Source: Macrostomum lignano
Lineage: Eukaryota
Length of the DNA: 64,000 bases
Direction of reading: 5' to 3'
Assembly (NCBI GenBank): GCA_002269645.1
Contig: NIVC01001315.1
Location: 198,703 to 262,702 of the forward strand
The notes under the pieces are model-generated. The model searched no databases and was not told the DNA's origin. It saw only the letters and a program-made list of their open reading frames with translations. Position numbers and translations under genes: made by a program. Each line of letters begins with the position of its first letter. The first letter of the stretch is position 1. Positions 49,186 through 62,188 of this stretch are shown here, piece after piece.

Positions 49186-49686
49186 ACATAACTTTAAGCC
49201 TTCCTGAAGCTTCATTGTGAGTAAAAATCAGTCACTTGTCGTCACTATTGCCGGGGCCTCCACTTTGGTTCGAATAATTAGTTGGGGAATTTCCATTAGC
49301 AAGCGAGCGCATCGCTAGATCGGATGAAAATCAGCCCCCCCCCGACCTTGAGCGGGGGTTGCACGCGGGCGAGGCGAGGCGGGAAATTCCTGCCCAGCAA
49401 ACAATGTAGTGTACATACATTCAATGTACATTGCGGTTATCTTGAAAATCAGGGGCTTATCAAGGGAGCCCCTCGGCCGCTCAGATAAGTTCTAAATTTA
49501 GAAACGCAAGTCCCTAAAAAGAAATAGCGGGGAGAGGGTGGCTGAGTTTGATTTTGAAGAATTTTCCACTACCCCAGACAGCGTGGAAATCCTTCGCCTG
49601 GCCTAATTTTCTCAACTATAAATGCCAGTCAGTCAGTCAGGAAATTCTCAACCAAAGCAATATACATTCCTAGAAAACTCTGCGCC

Positions 49687-52600
49687 ATGCCAGAAAACTC
49701 GAGCTCCGTTGCCAAGATGCCGGCTAAAGAGAAGCTCCAGCAGGAGGAGCAGGAGCGGCCGCAGCCGCCAACCAGCCGCCAGTACCGCCCGCTGGCCACC
49801 CGCATCCGCCGCCGCATTGAGAAGGGCCGGCGCTGGTTCTCCTGCGAGTTCTTCCCGCCGCGCACCCCGGCGGCCGCTGTGAACCTCGTCTCCAAGTTCG
49901 ACAGCTTCGCCAGGGGCCGGCCGCTGTTCTGCGACGTCACCTGGCACCCGGCCGGAAACCCGGCGGGCGACTCACCCACCTCATCTACCTCGGTGAGAAT
50001 CTCTGGATACTGTGAATTCGACTGGTTTTGTCTAGCATTTAAGAATAACACCCAGCCTTCTCTACTTCTTTATGTAGCATTTCGAGTACTTTTGTGTCTT
50101 CCTGGCGCCTTCTGTGCCTTACTAGCGCAATAATGGCACCTGCTGTGACTCATTGACATCTTGTGTGTCTTCATGGCGCCTTGTGTCTCCATGGTGATGG
50201 CACCTTTTTTATCACCATGGCTACTTGTGTCTCATTAGCATTTTGTGTGTCTCCATGGCGCTTTGTATCTCCATGGCACTTTGCACCTCCATGACACTTT
50301 CTGTCTCCATGGCATCTTCTGTCTCCATGGCATCTGTCTCCATGGCACCCTGTGTCTCGTTAGCATCTTGTGTCTCCATGGCGTCTTGTGTGTCTCCCTA
50401 AAGCTTAATGTATTCTTCTGTAGCATACTGTCTCCCTGGGCAGTTTGTGTTTCCCTGACGCCTCTACAACAGGATCTAAATTGCAGTCTCCCGCCTCATT
50501 GCCCTGCGCCAGGTGGCCTCCGCCATGCTGAACTACTGCGGCATCGACACCGTGCTGCACCTGACCTGCGTCGGCCAGACCGAGGCTCGGCTGGTGCGCG
50601 TGCTGGATCGCGCAAAGTCGCTCGGACTCAAAAACATCCTGGCGCTGCGCGGCGACCTGCCCGAAGACGCCGACGGCAACCCAGGCGGCGCCTCAGCCGC
50701 GGCCATCGGCGGCCCGGCCTTTGCCAGCGACCTGGTGCGGCTGATCCGGCGGCGCTATGGCAGCTTCTTCTGCATCGGCGTGGCCGGCTACCCGGCGGGC
50801 CACCCGGAGGCCGCCAGCTACGCCGAGGACCTGCGCCGGCTGAAGGAGAAGGTTGGGGCGGGTTCTGTGCTGAGCACATGGCTGAGTCACTGCTCACAGC
50901 TGCTCACAGCTGTTAATAAGGCAGCTGTTAATTCTTGGGTTTCTCTGCTCAAATTTGTACTTGTCTGTCTCCCTCTTCTCCCTTCTCCCCTTCCTCCCTT
51001 CTCCCCTTCCTCCCTTCTCCCCTTCCTCCCTTCTCCCCTTCCTCCCTTCTCCCCTTCCTCCCTTCTCCCCTTCCTCCCTTCTCCCCTTCCTCCCTTCTCC
51101 CCTTCCTCCCTTCTCCCCTTCCTCCCTTCTCCCCTTCCTCCCTTCTCCCCTTCCTCCCTTCTCCCCTTCCTCCCTTCTCCCCTTCCTCCCTTCTCCCCTT
51201 CCTCCCTTCTCCCCTTCCTCCCTTCTCCCCTTCCTCCCTTCTCCCCTTCCTCCCTTCTCCCCTTCCTCCCTTCTCCCCTTCCTCCCTTCTCGCCTTCCTC
51301 CCTTCTCCCCTTCCTCCCTTCTCCCCTTCCTCCCTTCTCCCCTTCCTCCCTTCTCCCCTTCCTCCCTTCTCCCCTTCCTCCCTTCTCGCCTTCCTCCCTT
51401 CTCCCCTTCCTCCCTTCTCCCCTTCCTCCCTTCTCCCCTTCCGCCCTTCTCGCCTTCCTCCCTTCTCCCCTTCCGCCCTTCTCCCCTTCCTCCCTTCTCG
51501 CCTTCCTCCCTTCTCCCCTTCCTCCCTTCTCCCCTTCCTCCCTTCTCGCCTTCCTCCCTTCTCCCCTTCCTCCCTTCTCCCCTTCCTCCCTTCTCGCCTT
51601 CCTCCCTTCTCCCCTTCCGCCCTTCTCCCCTTCCGCCCTTCTCGCCTTCCTCCCTTCTCCCCTTCCGCCCTTCTCCCCTTCCGCCCTTCTCGCCTTCCTC
51701 CCTTCTCCCCTTCCTCCCTTCTCCCCTTCCTCCCTTCTCCCCTTCCGCCCTTCTCCCCTTCCGCCCTTCTCCCTCCTCCCCTTTCTTCTCCCTTCTCCAT
51801 CTCTTTTCACCAAACAAAAACAACTCGTCTGACTTCTGATCTTTCTAAGAAATAGCCTACTAAGAATAAGAGTAGCTGCTAAGCTACTAAGAGTAGCTAG
51901 TACAGAATTTCAAGCAATTTTCTTATAGGGTGTGCGTTAGAAGTTGCGCACTGATAGTTGAAAATAAAATCGAGCTGTGTGTCCACTGAGTTACTGGCTG
52001 ACTCAGCTGACTCAGAGTCTCAGCTGACTCAGACTCAGCAACCGGCCCGAAGTCACGAGCAGACTCGAATTCCCCCTCACGCAGGTGGACGCCGGCGGCG
52101 AGTTCATCATCACGCAGCTGTTCTTCGAGTCGGCCGACTTCCTCCGCTTCGTGTCCGACTGCCGGCGGGTCGGCATCGACTGCCCCATCATCCCCGGCGT
52201 GCTTCCCGTGCAGGGCTACCAGTCCCTGCGCCACATCGTCAAGCTGTCCAAGCTGACGGTCCCGGACAGCATGCTGCGCGTAATCGAGCCGATCCGAGAC
52301 AACGACGAGGCCATTCGCAACTACGGCATCGCGCAGTGCACGCAGATGTGCCAGGAGCTTCTGCAGAGCGGCCAGGTGCACGGTAAGACCCAGTCGGCCA
52401 TTGAGTATTGGGACCATGGTAGGAATAGTTTCCCGAAATCAAAAGTATTATTAGAACAGCTGATGCGTTTTCTTGGAAATTCGTCTTGCAAGTGTCCAGT
52501 CTAGCTCATGGCTAACTAAAGACAAAATATTGACCTACAAGTTTGTCCGAGGTTGACTCACAAGTTTGTCCGAGGTTGACTCACAAGTTTGTCCGAGGTT

Positions 52601-55600
52601 GACTCACAAGTTTGTCCGAGGTTGACTCACAAGTTTGTCCGAGGTTGACTCACAAGTTTGTCCGAGGTTGACTCACAAGTTTGTCCGAGGTTGACTCACA
52701 AGTTTGTCCGAGGTTGACTCACAAGTTTGTCCGAGGTTGACTCACAAGTTTGTCCGAGGTTGACTCACAAGTTTTCAGAGGTTGACTCAAGCTTATCAGA
52801 GGTTGACTCAAGCTTATCAAAGGTTGACTTAAGCTTATCAGAGGTTGACTCAAGCTTATCAAAGGTTGACTCAAGCTTATCAGAGGTTGACTCAAGCTTA
52901 TCAGAGGTTGACTCAAGCTTATCAGAGGTTGACTCAAGCTTATCAAAGGTTGACTCAAGCTTATCAGAGGTTGACTCAAGCTTATCAGAGGTTGACTCAA
53001 GCGTATCAGAGGTTGACTCAAGCTTATCAGAGGTTGACTCAAGCTTATCAAAGGTTGACTCAAGCATATCAGAGGTTGACTCAAGCTTATCAGAGGTTGA
53101 CTCAAGCTTATCAAAGGTTGACTCAAGCTTATCAGAGGTTGACTCAAGCTTATCAGAGGTTGACTCAAGCTTATCAGAGGTTGACTCAAGCTTATCAGAG
53201 GTTGACTCAAGCTTATCAAAGGTTGACTCAAGCTTATCAGAGGTTGACTCAAGCTTATCAGAGGTTGACTCAAGCTTATCAGAGGTTGACTCAAGCTTAT
53301 CAAAGGTTGACTCAAGCTTATCAGAGGTTGACTCAAGCTTATCAGAGGTTGACTCAAGCTTATCAAAGGTTGACTCAAGCTTATCAGAGGTTGACTCAAG
53401 CTTATCAGAGGTTGACTCAAGCTTATCAGAGGTTGACTCAAGCTTATCAAAGGTTGACTCAAGCTTATCAGAGGTTGACTCAAGCTTATCAGAGGTTGAC
53501 TCAAGCTTATCAAAGGTTGACTCAAGCGTATCAGAGGTTGACTCAAGCTTATCAGAGGTTGACTCAAGCATATCAGAGGTTGACTCAAGCTTATCAGAGG
53601 TTGACTCAAGCTTATCAGAGGTTGACTCAAGCGTATCAGAGGTTGACTCAAGCTTATCAGAGGTTGACTCAAGCTTATCAGAGGTTGACTCAAGCTTATC
53701 AAAGGTTGACTCAAGCTTATCAAAGGTTGACTCAAGCGTATCAGAGGTTGACTCAAGCTTATCAGAGGTTGACTCACAAGTTTGCAAAATTTGCGGCGTT
53801 CCTAGAAGCGAAGCAAAGTTCCCGGCTCTCTTAGAAAATCTCGACCTAATTTTTTACGGTCATATTTCAACTATACTCTAAAAGTACAAAAATACCCCCG
53901 CGCAGGCATTCACTTCTACACGCTGAACCGGGACGCGGCGACCATCCGCATTTTGAAGAACATCGGGCTCTGGCGCGAGGATCTGCCTCGGCCGTTGCCA
54001 TGGCAACCGTCCGCCAATTACGAGCGCTGCGCCGAGGCCGTGCGACCCGTGTTCTGGTCCCGGCGGCCCACCAGCTACGTGCACCGGACCCGGCACTGGG
54101 ATGACTATCCCCACGGCCGGTGGGGCTCCGAGTGTGCCGAGATTGGCGAGCTCAGGGACTATTATTTGTTTTACCTGACTGGTGAGTCCGACCGGGTTCG
54201 AACCCTGGGTCAGTCAGTCAGTCAGTCAGTCAGTCAGTCAGTCAGTCAGTCAGTCAGTCAGTCAGTCAGTTAGTCAGTCAGTCAGTCAGTCAGTCAGTCA
54301 GTCAGTCAGTCAGTCAGTCAGTCAGTTAGTCAGTCAGTCAGTTAGTCAGTCAGTCAGTCAGTCAGTCAGTCAGTCAGTCAGTCAGTCAGTCAGTCAGTCA
54401 GTCAGTCAGTCAGTCAGTCAGTCAGCCACCGCCATCCCGCAGTCCGCGCCAGCAAGCAGGAGCGGCTCCGCATGTGGGGCAGCGAGCCGACCAGCGAGCC
54501 GGACATCTGGCGGGTGTTCGCCAGCCACCTGTCCGGGAAACCAGTCAGCCCGGACGGTGTCCGAGTCACCCGGCTGCCCTGGGGCGACGAGGAGCCGCTG
54601 CCGTCTTCGTCGGAGTCCAGCGAGGCGGCGAAGGCGCGGCAGCGGCTGGCCGGTCTGAGCGAGCGCGGCCTGCTGGCCACCAACCACCTGCTGCGGGTGA
54701 ACGGCGCCAGCAGCGACCACCCGGTGCACGGCTGGGGCGGCTCCGGCGGCTTCGTGTACCAGCGAGCCTACCTGGAGTTTTTCCTGCCCGGCTGCCGGCT
54801 GCCAGCGCTGCAGGTGAGCCGCGGCAGTTCGAGCTCGGCTGAGCAGGGCAGTGCTGAGTCTGAACTCGGCCAGTTTATCTGAGTGTCTGAACTCGGCCAG
54901 TTTATCTGAGTGTCTGAACTCGGCCAGTTTATCTGAGTGTCTGAACTCGGCCAGTTTATCTGAGTGTCTGAACTCGGCCAGTTTATCTGAGTGTCTGAAC
55001 TCGGCCAGTTTATCTGAGTGTCTGAACTCGGCCAGTTTATCTGAGTGTCTGAACTCGGCCAGTTTATCTGAGTGTCTGAACTCGGCCAGTTTATCTGAGT
55101 GTCTGAACTCGGCCAGTTTATCTGAGTGTCTGAACTCGGCCAGTTTATCTGAGTGTCTGAACTCGGCCAGTTTATCTGAGTGTCTGAACTCGGCCAGTTT
55201 ATCTGAGTGTCTGAACTCGGCCAGTTTATCTGAGTGTCTGAACTCGGCCAGTTTATCTGAGTGTCTGAACTCGGCTAGTCAAGGATTTTAAGCAAATCTC
55301 AGCAGCTATCTCAGGTTCGAATCCCACTTTTTGACGCATCTTCACCTCCCCTGCAGTCGGCACTGAGCAGCCACGGTGGCGGCCGCGTGAGCTTCCACAT
55401 CGCCGACCGGTCGGGCAACGTCAACTTGGCGAACTTCTCGGAGCCCATCGCCCTCACCTGGGGCGTCTTCCCCGCCTCGGAGGTCGCTCAGCCCACCGTC
55501 TGCGACGGCGCCGCCTTCCTGGCCTGGCGGGACGAGGCCTTCGCCCTGTGGACGGAGGAGTGGGGCCGCCTGTACGAGGAGGGCTCGCCGAGCCGCCGCC

Positions 55601-55737
55601 TGATCGAGTCGGTGGCCGAGACCTACCTGCTGGTGGCGCTGGTGGACAATGACTTCACTGAGGACAGCGTCTTGTGGGACCTGACTGACCAGGTGGCCCG
55701 GGCGGCCGACGGCTCGGACGAGGTGGAGCTCGCTTGA
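49687..55737 (+). CDS. MTHFR: Methylenetetrahydrofolate reductase (about 656 aa, 6 exons)
   Basis: Exons 49687-49992, 50513-50851, 52085-52382, 53906-54181, 54443-54813 and 55357-55737; GT-AG with matching phases, 1971 nt. Motifs [96 protein letters not shown] and TWGVFP. Confidence 0.97.
50160..50400. repeat. Degenerate ctccatggc repeats, MTHFR intron 1
   Basis: Recurrent gtctccatggc(a/g). Confidence 0.7.
50965..51795. repeat. 17-bp polypyrimidine minisatellite, MTHFR intron 2
   Basis: Unit ctccccttcctcccttc-type. Confidence 0.95.
52538..53782. repeat. Compound 23-bp then 21-bp minisatellite, MTHFR intron 3
   Basis: caagtttgtccgaggttgactca x about 10, then gaggttgactcaagcttatca x about 47. 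Confidence 0.95.
54208..54426. repeat. (CAGT)n microsatellite, MTHFR intron 4
   Basis: Fills most of the 261-bp intron. Confidence 0.95.
54856..55277. repeat. 27-bp minisatellite, MTHFR intron 5
   Basis: Unit tctgaactcggccagtttatctgagtg, about 15 copies. Confidence 0.95.
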
Positions 55738-55744
55738 AAGCTTG

Positions 55745-56175
55745 TTCACCTGGGCTGGCTCACCTGGGCTGGCTCACCTGGGCTAGCTCACCTGGGCTGA
55801 CTCACCTGGGCTGGCTCACCTGGGCTGGCTCACCTGGGCTAGCTCACCTGGGCTGACTCACCTGGGCTGGCTCACCTGGGCTGGCTCACCTGGGCTAGCT
55901 CACCTGGGCTGACTCACCTAGGCTGGCTCACCTGAGCTAGCTCACTTGGGCTCGCTCACTTGAAGGCTAGCTCACATTAGGGTTAGCTTACCTGAGGGTT
56001 AGCTCACATGAGGGTTAGCTCACATGAGGGTTAGCTCACATGAGGGTTAGCTCACATGAGGGTTAGCTCACATGAGGGTTAGCTCACATGAGGGTTAGCT
56101 CACATGAGGGTTAGCTCACATGAGGGTTAGCTCACATGAGGGTTAGCTCACATGAGGGTTAGCTCACATGAGGGC
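55745..56175. repeat. 14-bp then 16-bp minisatellite just after the MTHFR stop
   Basis: ctcacctgggctgg followed by gagggttagctcacat. Confidence 0.9.
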
Positions 56176-56415
56176 TAACTAGCGAGAATAGGACTACGTA
56201 ACTCTGTTTTTTTTTCAATTTTTATGATTTATTGTATATTTTGCAAATTTTCAAGGCCACGATAAGTTTTAATCAAGCGTGTTACGTGCTGCGATTCATG
56301 ACGAATTTGTTTGCAATTTTTCCATTTTGTATATATACTTGCACTTTTAACTTGTGCCTTAGCGACGTGCTGATTCAAGTTCGGGATCGAACGCTCGTTT
56401 TTTCTTCGAACGCTC

Positions 56416-56517
56416 GTCAGTCAGTCAGTCAGTCAGTCAGTCAGTCAGTCAGGCAGTCAGTCAGTCAGTCAGTCAGTCAGTCAGTCAGTCAGTCAGTCAG
56501 GCAGTCAGTCAGTCAGT
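56416..56517. repeat. (CAGT)n microsatellite
   Basis: About 25 copies. Confidence 0.95.
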
Positions 56518-56967
56518 CGAGCTTGAAAGTGACTGAGCCGGATTCCACATAGCCGCAACAAAACAAATATCTGATTAATCAGAAAATAAGTAAAATTCTA
56601 GGAATTCGGCAACAACTGAAAAGCGCAGCTACTTACAGTAGTATAGGGCACAGCTGACTCTGAAACTGCACATGATTTACGCAGAGAATGGGACTGAGGG
56701 ACAGCCAAACTGATTGATATGCTGCTAGGAGTAAGGAGTTTTTGACAGATAAGTGCAGATTGAGTTCTACAAGTATTCCAGCTGTTCTCGGTTCAGAACG
56801 TAAAAAAAGCACAGAAAAGAAAGCAGACAGGAAACTGCGCCTGCGGCTCAGTTCCAACCCACGAAAGTGGCATCCAGCGCCCTCAACGCAAGAGGAAAAT
56901 CTAATACCTTAACAACAGAGCCCTCATCCCTAAGCGATCAGAAACCAGCCGAATTAATTAGAATCTC

Positions 56968-57865
56968 ATCCACAGCTACAGAATCTCACCCATAGCTACA
57001 GAATCTCATCCACAGCTACAGAATCTCATCCACAGCAATAGAATCTCACCCACAGCTACAGAATCTCACCCATAGCTACAGAATCTCATCCACAGCAATA
57101 GAATCTCACCCACAGCTACAGAATCTCACCCACAGCTACAGAATCTCACCCATAGCTATAGAATCTCAGCCATAGCTACAGAATCTCACCCATAGCTATA
57201 GAATCTCACCCATAACTACAGAATCTCACCCATAGCTATAGAATCTCACCCATAGCTACAGAATCTCAACCATAGCTATAGAATCTCACCCATAGCTATA
57301 GAATCTCACCCATAGCTATAGAATCTCACCCATAGCTACAGAATCTCACCCATAGCTATAGAATCTCACCCATAGCTATAGAATCTCACCCATAGCTACA
57401 GAATCTCACCCATAGCTACAGAATCTCACCCATAGCTATAGAATCTCACCCATAGCTATAGAATCTCACCCATAGCTACAGAATCTCACCCATAGCTATA
57501 GAATCTCACCCATAGCTATAGAATCTCACCCATAGCTATAGAATCTCACCCACAGCTACAGAATCTCACCCATAGCTATAGAATCTCACCCACAGCAATT
57601 TAATCTCACACATAGCTATATAATCTCACCCACAGCAACAGAATCTCACCCACAGACAGAATCTCACACACAGCAACAGAATTTCAGCCACAGCTACAGA
57701 ATCTCACCCACAGCTACAGACAGAATCTCACCCACAGCAATTGAATCTCACCCATAGCTACAGAATCTCACACACAGCAACAGAATCTCACCCACAGCAA
57801 CAGAATCTCACCCATAGCTACAGAATCTCACCCACAGCAATTGAATCTCACCCACAGCAACAGAA
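56968..57865. repeat. 20-bp minisatellite downstream of Kv-beta
   Basis: Unit (c/t)agaatctcacccatagcta, about 44 copies. Confidence 0.95.
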
Positions 57866-58019
57866 CCCCTGAGACCCAGTTGAGTTATAAAAGGCGCTCC
57901 AGCCGCAGCAGCAGTTCCAAGCCCATCAAAGGTGCTCATAAGATGATTGGCAGCAATGTCGGGGTCAGCCCGCGCGGATTACCAAGAGCGACGGTCAGGC
58001 CGGGGACACCCCGTGGCGA

Positions 58020-60595
58020 TCACCTGCGCGGATTCGCCGTCGAGGTTTGCGCGGCACCGGAGGCCGAAGGCGGCTGGCCCGACTTTGACTGCGCCACGGG
58101 CTTGTTCGCTGAAATGTTCAATGGCGAGGTAAATGTCTTCAAGGAGCTTTCAAGGAGAACTCTGGATCTGGAAAATCTTCAGAAAAGGAATCGGAAGTCT
58201 TGATTTTGCAGGGGGGAATTTATCGTCTTTGATCGATCAATTTATCGGAATTTATCGAGATTCCTGTGTATCGGCAATAAAATCGATAATATAAAATTGA
58301 GATTTGATGAAAATCGATTGTGCTTCTTAGAAAACTAATGCTTCACACAAATCCTGAAAGGTGTCAAAAAATGACCCCAAGCTCTTCTAAAATTCGGTTC
58401 TTAAGATTCTTGAGATAGAGATTCTTAAAATAATGGTGGAAATTACTATGAGTAAAAATTAATCAATTTTCTTATAAATTCGACCGAGATTCCCAGAAAT
58501 TCCAGCGTGATTTTGTTTAAATTGATAAACTTTCCTAGAAAACTAAGCAAGATTGTCAGAAAATTGACCAGGGTTCCATAGAGACTCCAAGAAAGCCATC
58601 GCCATCCCGCCAGCCCCGCAGCCGCACCCAGAATCCGGTCGATCTCGGCCATGAGCGCCGCGGTCAGCTTAGGCACCACCGGCAGGGCGCAGATGTTCTC
58701 GTACAGCTGCTCGGCCGAGCTCGCGCCCAGCAGCACGCAGCTGGCGTGGCCGCTCCGCACGCACCAGGCGATGGCCAGCTGGGCCAGCGTGCAGTCCAGG
58801 TGGGTCGCCACCTCGGCGAGCTCCTTGAGCTTTGCCTGTTGCTGCCGGCCCTCCTCGCTGAGGATTTTATCGCGCAGCCAGGAGTAGCTGAATAAGTACA
58901 AAGGCGGGGACTGCTGAGCTTTATTAAAACACTGCACGTGACTCACTCCTTGAGCGAGGCCCTCGAGTATACGCGCACTCTATCAAGCATCACGTGACTC
59001 ACCCCTTGAGCGAGGCCCTCGAGTACACGCGCACTCTATCAAGCATCACGTGACTCACCCCTTGAGCGAGGCCCTCGAGTACACGCGCACTCTATCAAGC
59101 ATCACGTGACTCACCCCTTGAGCGAGGCCCTCGAGTACGCGCGCACTCTATCAAGCATCACGTGACTCACCCCTTGAGCGAGGCCCTCGAGTACACGCGC
59201 ACTCTATCAAGCATCACGTGACTCACCCCTTGAGCGAGGCCCTCGAGTACGCGCGCACTCTATCAAGCATCACGTGACTCACCCCTTGAGCGATGCCCTC
59301 GAGTACACGCGCACTCTATCAAGCATCACGTGACTCACTCCTTGAGCGAGGCCCTCGAGTATACGCGCACTCTATCAAGCATCACGTGACTCACCCCTTG
59401 AGCGAGGCCCTCGAGTACACGCGCACTCTATCAAGCATCACGTGACTCACCCCTTGAGCGATGCCCTCGAGTACACGTGCACTCTATCAAGCATCACGTG
59501 ACTCACCCCTTGAGCGAGGCCCTCGAGTACACGCGCACTCTATCAAGCATCACGTGACTCACCCCTTGAGCGAGGCCCTCGAGTACACGTGCACTCTATC
59601 AAGCATCACGTGACTCACCCCTTGAGCGAGGCCCTCGAGTACACGCGCACTCTATCAAGCATCACGTGACTCACCCCTTGAGCGAGGCCCTCGAGTACAC
59701 GGGCACTCCGTCGTCGTACTTGCCGGACAGAATGCCGCAGGCCAACGGGCTCCAGACCACGGCGCCCAGGCCCAGCTTGGCGAATAGCTCGGGCATCTGC
59801 AGCTCCAGCTTCTCCCGCTGGAACATGTGGTACTCGACCTGCTCCGCCACCGGGGGGATCAGGTTGAACTGCCGCGCCACCGAGTGCGCCTCCATGATCT
59901 CCATGGGAGACCAGCTGCCGGTGGGGGGGGATGACGCTCAACAATGTCCAGAACATCGAACAAGAAGATAAACGTGGAAAAAACGGAAGAAAGGCCCAAG
60001 CGCTACCCACCGCGAGGTGCCCCAGTAGAAGGCCCAGCCGCGGTCGATGCAGAAGCTGAAGGCGCGCACGATCTCCTCCATGGGGGTGAGCGGGTCTGGC
60101 CGGTTGGCGAACACAATGTCCACATAGTCCAGCTGCAGCCGCTGCAGGCAGGCCTGCAGGCCCTCCACGATGTGCTTGCGGGACAGGCCGCGCTCCGTCT
60201 CCGCCTTGCCGCCCCAGAAAATCTTGGTGGACACGGTGTAGGAGGAGCGGCGCCAGCCGGCCTGCAGCGGGTGGGACACGGGTGGGGGTGGCAACGCAGC
60301 TGACGCTGGCACCAACTCTCCCGAGTCATGGGGTTCGCGTACGAGAAGCCGAACTGAGGCCAGAGCGATCTACTTACCTTAATAGGAGCCTGCGAACCTA
60401 AGCACTGCGCATGTACTCAACTCTGACATGAGACAAAAGTGCAAATCGGGGATCAGACCGGATCAGCTCAACAAACCTTTCGCAGCAGGCGGCCCAGCAG
60501 CAGCTCGGCCCGGCCGGCCGCGTAAACCTCGGCCGTGTCAAAGAAGTTGATGCCGCAGGCGTAGGCCAGGGTCAGGATGTCCTCCGCCACCGAGT
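58020..60595 (-). CDS. KCNAB2: Voltage-gated K+ channel beta subunit (Kv-beta/Hyperkinetic, aldo-keto reductase); 5' exon(s) not located
   Basis: Exons 60595-60477, 60261-60011, 59914-59675, 58887-58628 and 58108-58020, phases consistent. Motifs [91 protein letters not shown] and EIDRILANKP. Tetrad D/Y/K/N intact. The symbol denotes the family; which vertebrate paralog is closest cannot be resolved. Confidence 0.93.
58935..59700. repeat. 56-bp minisatellite spanning a Kv-beta exon/intron boundary
   Basis: Unit gtgactcaccccttgagcgaggccctcgagtacacgcgcactctatcaagcatcac; actcac (minus-strand GTGAGT) at 58941+56k, k=0..13. Confidence 0.97.
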
Positions 60596-60889
60596 CTGCG
60601 GGTGTGGGGTTGAGGATGTTGAGGTTAGCCGTGAGAAGGCGGCTAACAGTAGCAATAACTGCGGGACGGCTTCGGCTCACAACCAGCGCAGGGGCGATTG
60701 ACTGTCCATTCCGCAGACACGCAATCATACATACGCTCACACTGGGTGTACAGCGGTTCTGACTTTCTAATCGTCAGAGATGTACACCCTCTGTGCCTTG
60801 GGGTTGGCCCTCATGGCTGTGCATCCAAGCAAATTTTTGAGCACAAGTCCCAAATGAATGCGTCGCGCACGGAACTAGGGGTTCGAGAG

Positions 60890-61911
60890 GCAGAGTTAGA
60901 GAGAGTGAGAGGGTGAGAGAGAGTGAGAGAGTCAGATAGAGAGTGAGAGGGAGAGAGAGATAGAGAGAGAGGGAGAGAGAGAGGGAGAGAGGGAGAGAGA
61001 GAGGGAGAGAGAGAGGGAGAGAGAGGGAGAGAGAGGGAGAGAGAGAGGGAGAGAGGGGAGAGAGAGGGAGAGAGAGAGGGAGATAGAGGGAGAGAGAGAG
61101 AGGGAGAGAGAGAGGGAGAGAGAGGGAGAGAGAGAGGGAGAGAGAGAGGCAGAGTTAGAGAGAGTGAGAGGGTGAGAGAGAGTGAGAGAGTCAGATAGAG
61201 AGTGAGAGGGAGAGAGAGATAGAGAGAGAGGAAGAGAGAGAGGGGGAGAGAGAGGGAGAGAGGCAGAGAGAGAGGGAGAGAGAGAGGGAGAGAGAGGGAG
61301 AGAGAGAGGGAGAGAGAGAGGGAGAGAGAGGTAGAGAGAGAGAGAAGAGAGGTCACGGCGTGTTTAAAAAAATCAAAAGACTTAATTAATTTAATATGGG
61401 CTACCGGTTTCGAGCCTCTGGGCTCTTCGTTCAGAGGGAGAGAGAGGGAGAGAGAGAGGGAGAGAGAGGGAGAGAGAGGGAGAGAGAGAGGGAGATAGAG
61501 GGAGAGAGAGAGGGAGATAGAGGGAGAGAGAGGGAGAGAGAGAGGGAGAGAGAGAGGCAGAGTTAGAGAGAGTGAGAGGGTGAGAGAGAGTGAGAGAGTC
61601 AGATAGAGAGTGAGAGGGAGAGAGAGATAGAGAGAGAGGGAGAGAGAGAGGGAGAGAGGGAGAGAGAGAGGGAGAGAGAGAGAGAGAGAGGGAGAGAGAG
61701 GGAGAGAGAGAGGGAGAGAGAGAGGCAGAGTTAGAGAGAGTGAGAGGGTGAGAGAGAGTGAGAGAGTCAGATAGAGAGTGAGAGGGAGAGAGAGATAGAG
61801 AGAGAGGGAGAGAGAGAGGGGGAGAGAGGGGAGAGAGGGAGAGAGAGAGGGGAGAGAGAGGAAAGAGGGAGAGAGAGAGGGAGAGAGAGAGGAGAGAGAG
61901 GGAGAGAGAGG

Positions 61912-61942
<31 letters not shown>

Positions 61943-61964
61943 GGGAGAGAGAGGGTGAGAGATG

Positions 61965-61998
<34 letters not shown>

Positions 61999-62157
61999 GG
62001 GAGAGAGGGAGAGAGAGAGGGAGAGAGAGAGGGAGAGAGAGGGAGAGAGAGGGAGAGAGAGGGAGAGAGAGAGGGAGAGAGAGAGGGAGAGAGAGGGAGA
62101 AAGAGAGAGAGAGAGAGAGGCAGAGAGAGGGTGAGAGAGAGAGAGGGTGAGAGATGG

Positions 62158-62188
<31 letters not shown>

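Noticed and set aside
49377-49390. E2F-like GGCGGGAAA upstream of MTHFR
   Set aside because: A single short motif with an unknown TSS; not distinguishable from chance.
50887-53881. Arg/Gly/Glu-rich, LPFLPSP and LTQAYQR 280-380 aa ORFs
   Set aside because: Arrays inside MTHFR introns 2 and 3.
57841-58203. Plus-strand 120-aa ORF
   Set aside because: Antisense of the Kv-beta last exon (ANKPVAQ...RR*).
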